From Mesotaenium endlicherianum (Eukaryota): a DNA stretch of 62,414 nucleotides. The translations under genes and the position numbers were made by a program. Below the pieces are notes generated by a model. The model was not told the origin of the DNA. It saw only the letters and a program-made list of their open reading frames with translations, and searched no databases. Below, in pieces: positions 23,494-35,600 of this stretch (its first letter is position 1; each line of letters begins with the position of its first letter). The stretch is taken from positions 190,787-253,200 of the forward strand of contig WELA01002374.1 of NCBI GenBank assembly GCA_009602735.1, written 5' to 3'.

Positions 23494-25998
23494 AGTGCCG
23501 TGCATTGCAGGGAGTCCTGCAGGGCCAGCTGGTTTCAGCAGGAGAGTTTACTACAGTCGTACCAGGATCACCAGTGCTGATGTGAGTGGAGGCGCCTGAA
23601 AGCAGTCGGGTACAGAGAGGGGGCAATTTTGGGGCGAGAAGTGATTGGCATTGGGGGGGGCGCTTTGCCCAGCTAGGATGAACACTGCCCTCTACGGTGT
23701 GCAAATCGTCAGGGCCAAGCTATGATTAAAGTTCTGGGTTCCAGGGTTGGCCATCGTTAGTCAGGGGGGAGGGGAGGGGTTAGGGGGGGTTTAGTGATCA
23801 TAGGTGGAGGTAGAGGTAGAGGGAGATATTGAAAGCCTGAATAGAGATCACTGTCTGTGAGTGTGCCAACTGGAGGGCAGCTAGGCCCTGTTATACTTGC
23901 AACACTTGCTGGCTGCCAGGTACGCACGCGTGGGAGAGGGTCTCATACATGCTCCTCCTCCAGGCTGCCCTGCATGTGGGAAGGGTACTTACGGGCCGAG
24001 GGCTTTGGGGCCAGCACTTTGGTTACAGTGCTGGTGCAGTCCTCTCCCCTCGGGAGTGGGCGGGCGGGCTATGAAGCGCCACCTGTGCTGCCGGCCAAGG
24101 GCCTTCCATCTTGTTGCGAGTGCGCGCTTCCCTCGGCGTACGCCTGCTGCGTTTAAGCCCCGCACTTCTACCTAGAGAAAGTTTGCGGTGAGCGGTGTAG
24201 GGGTGCAGGGCTATAGGCATGGCGGGGCGTAAGAGCTTTAAGCGCGTTAGCTGCCGATTATTAGTGCGGGATATGTTCTCCTCTGATGGCAGCGTGGCGA
24301 CGCTCCCCTGCTCGGTGTTGGAGCTGTTGGTCCACAAGGGGGTGAGACACATGGCTTAGGCTCAGGGGAGGCAGAGGTGAGAAAACGGCTGGCGCCACCT
24401 GTCTCCTTTCTCCACGATATCTGACGCAGTTAAGGCTCCGTCCACCTTCACGGTGGTGTCTGTGGAGCACCTGCTGTGTTGAAGGCTCTTGGAAAGAGAA
24501 GGCCAAGGCTGATGTCCAATGATGGGGAGATTGTCTTCTTCACCCGAGGAACGAGAGGGAGGTGTTGGGCATGGACCAGACTTGTGGGTGAGCGCATGCA
24601 GTGAGCACTCGTGCTGCACTGCTTCTATGATAGGGGAGGCACATTCCCGGCGATGGCAGCAGCAGCAGCAAATTCAGGAGCAGTAGCAGCCCCCATAGGA
24701 TGATCTTTATCTGGTCCGTGTATGTCCGTACGTCACTTGCGTACACACACGAGAACGCAGGGGGGTGGTATCCTTCATATACTTGCTTAAGGTAAGAAGT
24801 CGCGCACTTTGTCTTATTGTGTGAGGAATGTCGCGGCAGGTAAGATAATTAGGACGTTGTCTATGGTGACTCTTGAAACGTCATTCACCAGAATTAGGGC
24901 GTCAATTTTCCTGTAATTCAGATCCAACCAGCACTATCCTCACTCATTATTTGAATACTTTCGCCCTACAAAGGAGCGCGGGTATCAGTAAATGTGGACT
25001 CTTGCTGCCTCAGGGATACATTACATCCAACAAATGATGCAATGTACACTCTGTAGAAGTAGTTTAAGCTGCTTAATGAGCAGACAAGGAGCAACTGCAT
25101 CCCCTAGCCGTTGAGATATTTTGATTAGACCTTCAGATATAGCTGCCAGGGATGGTAATGGCAATGACTAGGTTGAAGATGAGCCGAGGCATGCGTGGCA
25201 CAATTGTTTTGTATGACATATTGGACTCTGAGTTGAACTTCCAGAATATGCAAAGTTGAAGTCGATATACGTGCATGATACTGATAAGATTGACGCACGA
25301 ATGACATGGTCACTTCATCATCTCAAGATAGGGGCAAACATGTCTGAATAAAGATTGTGCTGCTGATGTACAACATAACATATTACTTGGCATGTGCAGA
25401 ACACAGCTATAAGTGGTCAATGTGAACCTCCATACTAACAGAACTATTCGGCATCCTCAAATTTGAAGAACATTCAGCATGCAGAAAAAAAGGTCGTGAG
25501 GTCAATCTTGTAGTATGTTGCGCAGAATGATCAACCAACCATCATGTACAAGGAAGTCACATCTATCAGGAAGGCAAGGCGGAGCAAAGTCATTGATAAT
25601 TGATCACATATGTTGCCATCAGCTCAACTCCTTCTTTGGTGATATTTCTGATACCATCCGTGTGTATTCACAATCTGTGTTTGGTAGCGATTGCTCTTAA
25701 ATGTTCAGCAGGCATCACAAATAATTTCATATTGAAGTGGAGTGCGGAGTATCTTTCTCAAGCAAGCCTGATCCAAGTTGCCTGCCATGTGAAGAGTAGA
25801 AGAGCGAAGTCCATAGAACATGGTCCAAAGAATTCGAACATAAGAAACAATACTTGCGACCGCAACTTGGGACGTGACCATGTCCTACACATACAATATA
25901 AGTGTATGTTGAAAGAGCGTCTTCACGGGAGTTTGACAAATTGCTCTGTAGCAACATAATGAAGAGACAAAGTGAATAACAACAAAATAATTGGCGAA

Positions 25999-28900
25999 TC
26001 ATTTCCGAGCGTCACTCTTCTTGGCCTCCTTGGCTGCTCACACATGATGATGAGAGGGAAAAGGGTGCACCCAGATTAGGGTGCCAGAAAGAAACTGCGC
26101 TTCACACGAGAGGGAGAGGCAGAGATGCAGAGGTGCCTGCATGTACGAGCAAGAGCACTTCTTCCGTCACACAAAGGCATGTCAGAGCCGAACGGCCACA
26201 GACCAAGCACAGCGGCCACAAAATTTGTCAAAGACAATCATCAGTACTTCAGCTTAGGATCATCAAAGAGCCAGATTCAGGTCTACCTTTCAGTAATGAC
26301 AACTAATAGGGGGCAGTAACGGTATAAGAGTGGATTCACAAGGTACAAAATAACAAACAAACACCCAAGTATTTTAATACATATTTGAATTAGCAGAAGC
26401 CTCAAGACTTCCATATAATTGCGTCACTTGACACGCCTCTTGCTGGGAAAGGGTCGGGGCTGAGAAGAGGAACAGAGGAGTAGGCCTACCCGTCTTTTCC
26501 TCCTCTCGCTTCTTGGCCGCCTCCTCCCTCTGCCTTCGGATGAGCGCCAACCTCTCTGCAAGAGTTGAGACATCAAGAACGACCAACACGCACACCTCCG
26601 ACGGAAAGCGAAGCTCAGCACGAGCAGCAAAGAGGACAACAAAGCATCATACCCCTTCCCTTCTTGTTCAACTAAATTGTAGGGTTTTTGTTTGTTGTTC
26701 TTTAAGCTAGCACCACTAAGGTAGAGCAAGGCAAAACAAAGGCAAGCACAAAAAGGAGAGAACAAATTCAAGGATCATGCTGTTCCGAAGTGTACACCCC
26801 TATATGCACGCTGAATTGATGAGCTACTACAAGCGCGGCTTGGAGTGGATAATAATGTCCACAATGCTGCAATCTCCTACTTGGTGTGTGCTCAGAAACA
26901 TAAATATACCGGGCAAGAAGCACAGGGAGCCTATATGGAGCCTATATATACCTGAATCTATATCCAGATAGCCTTCAAGCACATCAAAAAATGACTACAA
27001 AAAAGGTTATGTCTTGCTGGAGCAAGTTCGTCAATGACCGAAACGTACACGCATACACACATGCATGACCACAACCATGATGCCTTATATTGGATGCACG
27101 CGTAGAAGAGCAGACTTCCGGAAAACTCATTTTCCATTTACAGCACCCCCACACACACACGCACACGCACACAGTAAATATACGAATACATCTATATGTG
27201 GAGAGAGGTGCACAACGTTATTTATAAGCTGTTGCAAGTCAACATACATGTATGAATGATTGTGAGGAAATGGGTCTTCGTTACATGAGTGCGTGTGTTC
27301 CTGCACGCATGTGCGTGTGTGCTTAACGGTGAGCGCATGCATGCACATGTATATGTGCTTCTGAGCGTGTGCGCGTTTGTGAGAATTCCACGTGTGAGAG
27401 AGAGAGAAGGGCAGGGGCGAGGGGGGGTACCGAGGTCCTTTGCCGCCTGCTCCGTCTTGCCCTGCTCCTGCAGCTTCTGATAGCGCTCCTTGGCTGCCTG
27501 CTTCTGCAGCTCCTCCCTGTTGTCGCCGTTGTCATGGTTGTCATTTTGATATTCATGATTTGTGTTCCATGCGCATCCACACGCGCAAGTAGCACTTGAG
27601 GACCACTTCCAGATGGAGGCAGCGAGGCAGAGACAGAAGGGAGGGACCAAGAGGTGAGTACATAAGCAACGCTGTCCCCTCTGCCACAAGGTTGTAAGAG
27701 AGGCAGTGTCAAAGGACATGTGGCAAACCAGGAACACCTGATTTCATGCTTTCGTCCTCCAAGTGCGTGACTAGCTGCAGCTGCAGCTGCGGCAACAGAC
27801 AGAACCTTGCAGGAAGGAATTCTGAGTGCAGGTAACGACAAGTCGCACATAAGAAACTCGTTGCAAAATACAATGCGAGAAGGCACACCACTGACAGGCT
27901 GACAGATGGCAAGCGAGAACATCCAGAAGCAGGGTTACCTTTCACGACGTGACAGTTCAGAAGGTGCGCTGGCCTGCCCCGCCCAGCCCCAAATACGGAA
28001 TATAAATGTCAGTAGAGACAAGCACACACACATCGACACAAGCACACACAGACACAATAAAAGAGACAGCCTTGTCCGCAGCTTGGTGAGGGGAGGCAGG
28101 GAAGAGGGAGGAGGACGGGAAACTTAAAGGGGACAGCCAAAAGCTAACACCCGAAGGAGAACTTTACACACACACACATACAGAGGGATGAGCAGGGGGG
28201 AGAGAGAGCAGCAGCAGCAGCAGCAGGAAGAGAAGACAAGGAAGTAGGAGGAGGAGGAGAGGGAGCCAGCGTGCGTTACATCAGCTTGGTTGACTTTGAT
28301 GCTGCTCTTGCGCGCGGCGTTGGGATTCTCCGTCTGAATGAGGCCCTGCACCCCCTTCTTCTTCTGCACCACCAATCACCCCCCCACCCGCGCGCACATA
28401 CGGCAGGCATGCGCCCAGAGAGCGGGTGAGTGGTGGCGCTCGAGGGGCTTAGCTTCCTTCGTGTCAGGACATCAGCGCACAAATGCAGATGCGCGTTATT
28501 CTTCCACATTATCAATCATGCGCACAAATAACACGAATAAACGCAAACACCTACACCACTTACTAGGGTGCTTACATATACGGGTCTGCCACCTGCAGTA
28601 ACTATCTGACTCAAAGGGAGTGCACATCTCTTGACAAGGGCCAGAAAGGAGAAGAGATGCGTGCACAAACAGGTTGGAAGGGGGGAGAAGCGGAAAGAGA
28701 AAGGGCAAGAGGAGAGGGAGGACTCCTGCAATGAGGGGGCAGTCAGGGCAAAAGAGAACGTCCTTGCTGCCTCCCAAGGACTTGACTTCAGTCAGGGCCG
28801 TTTCGTCTTCCGCCCTCCCCTATTCACCCCGTCCCTTCTTCCCGCTGTGCAATTCAGAGCTTCCCCCTTCTCCCCGCTCTTCCCCCCTTCCCCCCTCCCA

Positions 28901-31777
28901 TTTCCTGCTGTGCATTTCAAGGTTAGAGACAGAAAGAGAGAGGGTGCACCTTCATCACCGCAGAATGCGTCAACATCAACCCTGCCCTCACATCACCTCA
29001 AGCTCTGCCCTCCCTACTCCATTCACCCCACCACCTGAAGTCTGCCTTTTCGCTCTTACATCTCCTTCTCCGCAGAGGCCAGCACCAACGCCCTACCCCA
29101 AGTCCTGACATCCATATCCTCCCTTGCCAAAGCCCCCAGCCTCTGTCCCCAAGAGAGCAGGCACGGCCCCACACCCTTTTGAAGATGCACCGGCGCAGAC
29201 CAGCTTGAGCAGCTCCTGGGCCGGCACAGGGCATTCCGTTGAGGACCCATGGCCGCTCTGTCACTCTGATTGCACTACCGCTGACTTGCACGTTGAGAGC
29301 AGCATTGCTGGGGCAGATGCACACCCGCACATGTGTGTACCCAGTGCACGTCATCTGAGCCTTGTATACAGCCACCACTTGAAATAGTTGACACCTGTGC
29401 ACATAGCTTCTCCCCCTCCCTCCCACCCCTTCTCCCTCCCTCCGTCTCTCCCTCCCTCCCACCTTCTCCCTCTCTCCCTCCCCNNNNNNCCCCTCCCTCC
29501 CTCCCTTCGGAAGCCTAACCTCTCCCCAGCCGGAAGCAGGATCCCAAGGTGCCAGACAACCCTAGAAGCGTGCCTGCCTGTCTGCCTGCCTGCACGCATG
29601 GCCCTATTTGAGGGCTCAGCCCCCACCCCCTAGGTTTCAAGTACTAGCCCTCTACCACCTTATGTCAAGTCAATGACACATATTCAGAGGCGAGAATATT
29701 CGTACAAGTATGCGAACATTTCCCACTGCAAACACAGAGTGGCCATCCTCATGTGTCCCTGTACGCCTACCGGACGCCTGTGCCCTCATATAATCCTTAA
29801 TCATGAGCGGGTGAGAATGTGTGTGAATACAGACCTAAGAACAAAGTTGGAGGGGGGGAGCAGAGGGGGGGAGTAGGGGGGGAGTAGGGGAGGGTAGGCA
29901 AGGGAGAGAGGGTCAGCGCAGCGGCGGGTCTTTAAATTTCAGGGAGACTACGCACCTCATCCTCGTCCTCCTCCTCCTCACTCTCCTCGTTGCTCCCGTC
30001 AGAGTCCTCCTCGTCTATGCCCTTCTCCGCCTTCTCGTCATCGTCCTCCTCATCGCGGTTCTGTTCACAGGTGCCCACTTCATTGACACGTAAGCTGGCG
30101 CAGCGCATGGTTGCCACCTGGCGCTCGATAAATACACGTTGATGTTTATCCAATCTCAACGGCAGACGGCAGCTGTGCATACCAAGTGATGACGAGCCAG
30201 TAAGCAAGCAGCCGCGCACAACGACGGCGCGGACGTGGATGGAGAAGCCCCACAATATATGTCTCATTCTACTGTACTCATTTCTGGATGCATTGCTGGT
30301 GTGAACAGACCCAACCCCAGACCTAATAATGACGCATTCTGTTCTCATTCTGACGCCAGCGCTAGAGTGGAGAAAATACACCCCAAACCAAACATATTCT
30401 GCTTTCCTCGTTTCTTGCTGCCCAGTTTGATAAAGGACACAAAAGGCGAGCGCACTTAGGGCTCAGGTGTCAACTAGGAGTAACCCTGCACTGAAAGTGC
30501 CTCACAACACACAGGCCCAGCAAAACCCAGACCCCAACCCTGTCCCCCCCTCCACCCTTCGCCCTCCCCCTTCCGCCGACGGGACTCATCCCGCCACCCA
30601 TTCAGATAGAATTGGGCTGCTGTTGAGCACTGCCATTTGATGCTACAACACTAAGCCTCCCGTGCCAGGGAGGCACACCAACAAACACGCTAGTGACTGC
30701 GAAGCCGCCAACACATAACCTCCTTGCTACACGTTTGCCTCTCTCTCTCCCTATCCCATATCGGAGAAGTCGAGTCCATTCGTGTGCACTACGCATTCTG
30801 TTTGCCCACTCTCAAGTGCAGTGATGCATCACGCTGATGCATGACATTTAAAAGAAACCCAAGCCCTGCACCTCGATGTAAGAGGAATAAGCTCATAAGC
30901 CACTAACCCCCCCTGATTTCCATAGAACCTAAAGCCCCCACGCATAACCATGAGACCTTTTGATCCTAAGCCCTTTGCTTGCGGTGCCCACCACTGCCTG
31001 CCAACTCGCACATGCCATACACACACTGGGCATGACATAGAGTACATACATGAATGCATGTGGGCATTTCAATTGGCACCTGGGATTCAAGTATGCACCT
31101 GGGGTTCAGGATGGACAGTGTCTTATACACGTGCATGCACGGGCATGTCTTCCTGTACCAATTGGCCAGCATTGGATTGGCTGAAATTGCTGTCGACCCT
31201 AAGTTACGTGAAAGAGTCCAAGGGCAGAGGATATGTAAGTCATGACCAGTAATAGTTGCTATCCTCCACAAACAGGTGGCAGGGTACAGGAGCATACCCG
31301 TCTGGCCCTCCACTTGACTTCCGACGTACTCCCGGAAGCTGCAAAAATGACAACAAAACATCTTGGCGTATATCTCAAGAAAGTGCAAAGTCAGCAAAGC
31401 AATGCTTGCTTTGTGTATACGACCTTCACTAAGAAGACTATGTGCGGAGCTGGCTCGCAAGAGAAAGAAAGCAAATGGTCTAACCACCATGGGTACCAGA
31501 CCTTCGGTTCCCGACGATCAATTTTTGTCAACCTGGCATCCTGACGCAAGCGGAAAAAGAAGCATCATTTCTGTGTCCTGACAGATAAAAATAATCCTTA
31601 CATGAATACTTCAGGTTTGCGCATGATATCTTCCCTTGGAAAGTTCCAGAAAAAAATCAGGAAGTTGAGCCTACACTAGTGTAATTAACCGAACTTACCC
31701 ATGTCTTCGGGAGTTGAAAAGGACCTCTTGCCCGTGGGCTTCCCCTTGTACTTCCCTCGTCCAGCTCCTCCTCCCAT
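25999..31777 (-). CDS. PDAP1: 28 kDa heat- and acid-stable phosphoprotein (PP28 domain), 176 aa
   Basis: Exons (-): 31777-31699, 31338-31298, 30060-29956, 28363-28280, 27973-27939, 27516-27431, 26555-26490, 26033-25999. Product: MGGGAGRGKYKGKPTGKRSFS...acidic tract...KKKGVQGLIQTENPN...[56 protein letters not shown]. Confidence 0.93.
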
Positions 31778-32689
31778 GTTGAAAGGATATTCAAATCAAA
31801 ATGCTACAAGCAATAAACCAGGAAAGTGTATATAAGAGAGCAAAGAACTTCTCTGTGACAGCACACTAAAGAGGACGATCACACTTATGTCGTGAAGCCC
31901 GACTTCGTCAAAAACATCTATATGCAGACTAGCAACTGCATGGGCAGCAGCACCTCGTGCCCATTCGCGAGGCGGCCCTGCAGCCAGCACTCTTTGGACC
32001 AGAAGTTGACCTCATAGTGGTGTATTGACCTTGAGATTGACTTCTAGGAATTTGCAGGCAACAAAGTTCAAAAATATAGCAGGAAATTGCATGTGATTGC
32101 AGGTGCATGTCGGAAGTTGTAACGATGCGCACAGGCAAGTCGCTATCTTTCCGGGACAGATCCGTGTTTCATCAGTGTTGGTCGAGGAGATACCTTTGTC
32201 GTCGAGTGCTTCGCAATCGTCGAATGCTTCCCAATCACGTCTGCGTCAAAGTTCATCAGCACGTCGCCGATTAGCGTGATGGGTTGAAATAAGGCCGATC
32301 ATCAACTGTCTGGACTTGGCAGTAAGATACAAGCAAGCCTAGGTTCTAGAAGCTCGAACGACCTCATACACCTCATACGTCATAATTTAGTATGTGAATG
32401 GCCGTTCCTGGGGGGCTCTAATATGGTCGGCCTTTGATCCTGTGGTCTTGCTTGAAAGGAGACCTGATTTTCGTGAGCGGGATAGGGTAGTGTGCATTTT
32501 GATCCTTTTTTCTAATTTTGTATAGAAGCTGTGGTGAAGGAGGTGAGCCGGATGAGTGTGCAGCGGATGACATACGCCTATTATCCGGCACTCGTGTAGG
32601 CAAATGATACATTGGCTGAAGATCGATCCTGATCTGGATCCAATAATTATTAACAATATTCGTGCAAGGATTGGGGGCATAGAATCAAA
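31778..32689. promoter_or_regulatory. Divergent intergenic/promoter region between PDAP1 and NRAMP
   Basis: Start codons at 31777 (-) and 32690 (+) are ~0.9 kb apart. Contains an imperfect 18-bp tandem pair at ~32199-32236. Confidence 0.55.
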
Positions 32690-35600
32690 ATGGCTGCGTC
32701 TTTGCCTATGCCTCTGCCCACCAGGGAATTCTCTCAGGGAGAAAAGGGGGCAGTGAACTTCATGAATGGATTAGTCCGTAACAGCAGCGTTGATGATATC
32801 GACAGGAACCAGATTGCGATTCCTGAGGTTGGTTCTCCAGCCACATCTCCGGAGTATGCTTGCCGTGTGGGCGCGAGCACTGGGGCTTGTAGAATTCACT
32901 GTCATGATTTGACGTTCCTTTCATGGAGTACCTCATAATATTCTAGTGCTTCTTGACTTTGCATCTTACCTCTATTAAGGGCCTTCCTGTAACATGTTTC
33001 AGCTGCACTTCATTTTCCTGCTTAAGGGCACTTCATTTTCCTGCCCTGCTTAAGGAATTCTGAGCAGATCACTGTGCGGACCTCTGGATGTGGACTGCAT
33101 AAAAATAAGGATGACAGGTGTCAGGTGCATCAGTTGTTTCTTGGCACGAAATTGACAGTCCCATGAAGCTGAGCTGCACGAGGCACCTTCACATGGATTT
33201 ACACCCCAATCAACGCCTTTTATAAGAGGAGAAGCCCTAAATGCTCAGGCTCTGTGCTACACACACTGAGGGGATTTGCCCCACCTACGGATGACGGGGC
33301 AATACATTAACCTCTTCTGGCTCATGCATTCCTTGGCTGAAGTAAGATCTGGAGATGTGGACGAGAGTCATGAAGTGCAGTTAGGGTCGTGGTTGCATCA
33401 GAAGGCAGGGGGTGTACTGACACCTGGCATCTGGGGGGGGGTCGTGGTGTGCAGCAAAGGTCCTGGAGAAAGCTGCTGGCTTACCTGGGGCCTGGCTTTT
33501 TGGTGTGCATTGCCTATATCGACCCCGCCAATTGTACGCCTCTCCCTCGCCTACTTTTAGAGGGCTTCGCGACCCCCTCCTTGTGTGCTAAGCCCCTCTG
33601 ACGACCCGCATGCTGCTGAATGTGCCCTTCCACCTGGTTTGCTGAGCTTCTGGGCATCTTTATGCCAAACTGTGGAGTGTGTCTCTTCTGCCTGTGGACT
33701 CGGGATGGCGTAGCATGTCCACTGTGCGGAGGGGGGCTGTCTGGCGGTTGAAGCAAGTGCTGCATATTGGTGAGGCTGATAAAAACAAGGAAGTTGGAGG
33801 GGGATGGAGAGAAGGCACGTATGCATGAGGTTGGAGCTGGGCTTAACATCATCCTGCTCGGGGGGGGGAGGGGGGAGGCTTTGGTCGCAGTTGAGAGCGA
33901 CCTGCAGGCAGGTGCCATGTTTCAGTACGAGGTATTTGCCGTGTCTCTCTTCCCCTTCTTCTCTCCCACTGGCGTGCTTACTGCGTGAAAGCTGAGGTGG
34001 ACCTAGATCTGTGGCCCATGGGCGCCATAGAGCCGCAGGTCTTGCAGAGATGCGCAAACACGTAGAGTGAGATGGCATGGTTGTTGCAGCGCTATGAAGG
34101 GTTCAGGAATCAGGGTACAGGCTCCTTGACAAGCACTAGTGAGGGGTTTGTTGAGCCCGACTGTGGTGCTGCGGGGGCTATCTGCGAAAGAGGGGCGTGG
34201 AGGGAGATGAAGTGGGGATGGGATTGGGGCTGCGGTGGGGAGCCCACGCCATCCCGCTTGCAACCTGGCTGACTGGCTGGGGGATGGGGATGGGGGCCGT
34301 GCATTCCGGACTTCAGCACCCATAGCGGGATCTGTCCGCTTTCCGCTTTCTCGGACCCCGTAAAGTCCCGTATAGATCAGAAAGTACCTACTCTACGCGC
34401 TTGCAAACTTAGCGGGGAGCCACGGATGGGACATGTGCAGTGTCTCCTTCCTTGGTGACCGTATACGCGTTGGCGTGCACGTGGTTGTCGACACATGCAC
34501 ATTACGCTACTTGTGAATGTCACGCACGCGCCTGCACGCTCGCCTACAGTGTGTGCATGTGTGGTTGTCCCCGCCATCATGAGAGAGCAGGGCGTGGTCC
34601 TTGCGAGCGTAACGCGCTTCACCACTTGCTTGCTCGCAACGCACGCGCATGCATTTGTATCCCTGTGCGGGACGAGGGCACGGGCCAACGTGTGCGGGCG
34701 TGTGCATGGGGGTGGGCAGCTGCTGTGGGTGCTGCTGCTGGCGGCAGTGGGGGGCTTCATCATCCAGTCGCTGGCGGCCAGCCTGGGCGTTGTCACAGGT
34801 ACTCCCCTCCCCTTCCCTGAGGGCAACTAGAAGCTGAACCGCAAATGTAGTAGACCCTGCGTGCTTGTGGGCCGCGTTGCCTGCCTGCTGGATCCTGGTC
34901 TCTGGCCTCGCCAAGTCCAGTCAGAGGGCCGTGTGCATATATGCAGCTTGCTGTCCTCCTTCACTGGGCTGTTCACTACGACTCTGAGATGCCCCTGTAT
35001 GCTAGGAGCATTTCAATGATGGTGTGACAGCTGGGAGCTGGACTGCCGGGCTGCACCCTGTGTGACACGTGGGGCACCTCCCGCTAGCACTTGCCAGGAG
35101 TTTGTACGGCGCGGTGGCGGCATGCACAACATCTGAATATGTACACACGCTGCGAATTCCGCTGGACAAGAAAGCTTTGCTCTGCTGGAACCAGACCCCT
35201 GTTTGTGTGAGAGTGTTCCGTCATGTTTGCTGGTCCCTGCCCGGCTCTTGCTGCTGCGGCTGCAGAAAAGCATCTGGCGGAGCACTGCCGCGCGGAGTAC
35301 CCGCCGCGGCTCAATTGGAGCCTGTGGGTGATGGCGGAGGTGGCCATCGTGGCCAGCGACATCCCCGAAGGTCCACCTCCCACTTTCCTTGGCCAGGGCT
35401 CAGGGTTTCGGGTACAGATAGGGCCGTCTCGATTGAGGCGACTGAGAGACGAAGCCGCATCTGAAGTAGAAGGGGGGAAGGTGTGTGCGACCTCCCTCGC
35501 TGAGTTGGATAGATTGTTGGGGTCAGGTTCAGGTTCAGGATCATTCGCAAGGGTTGAGCAATGTTCCGAGGTTGGAGCTGCCCCCCTTTTTCATCTGGGG

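Noticed and set aside
23494..25998. Short ORFs between the convergent MED6 and PDAP1 ends
   Set aside because: No recognisable domain or spliceable chain; likely UTR or intergenic.
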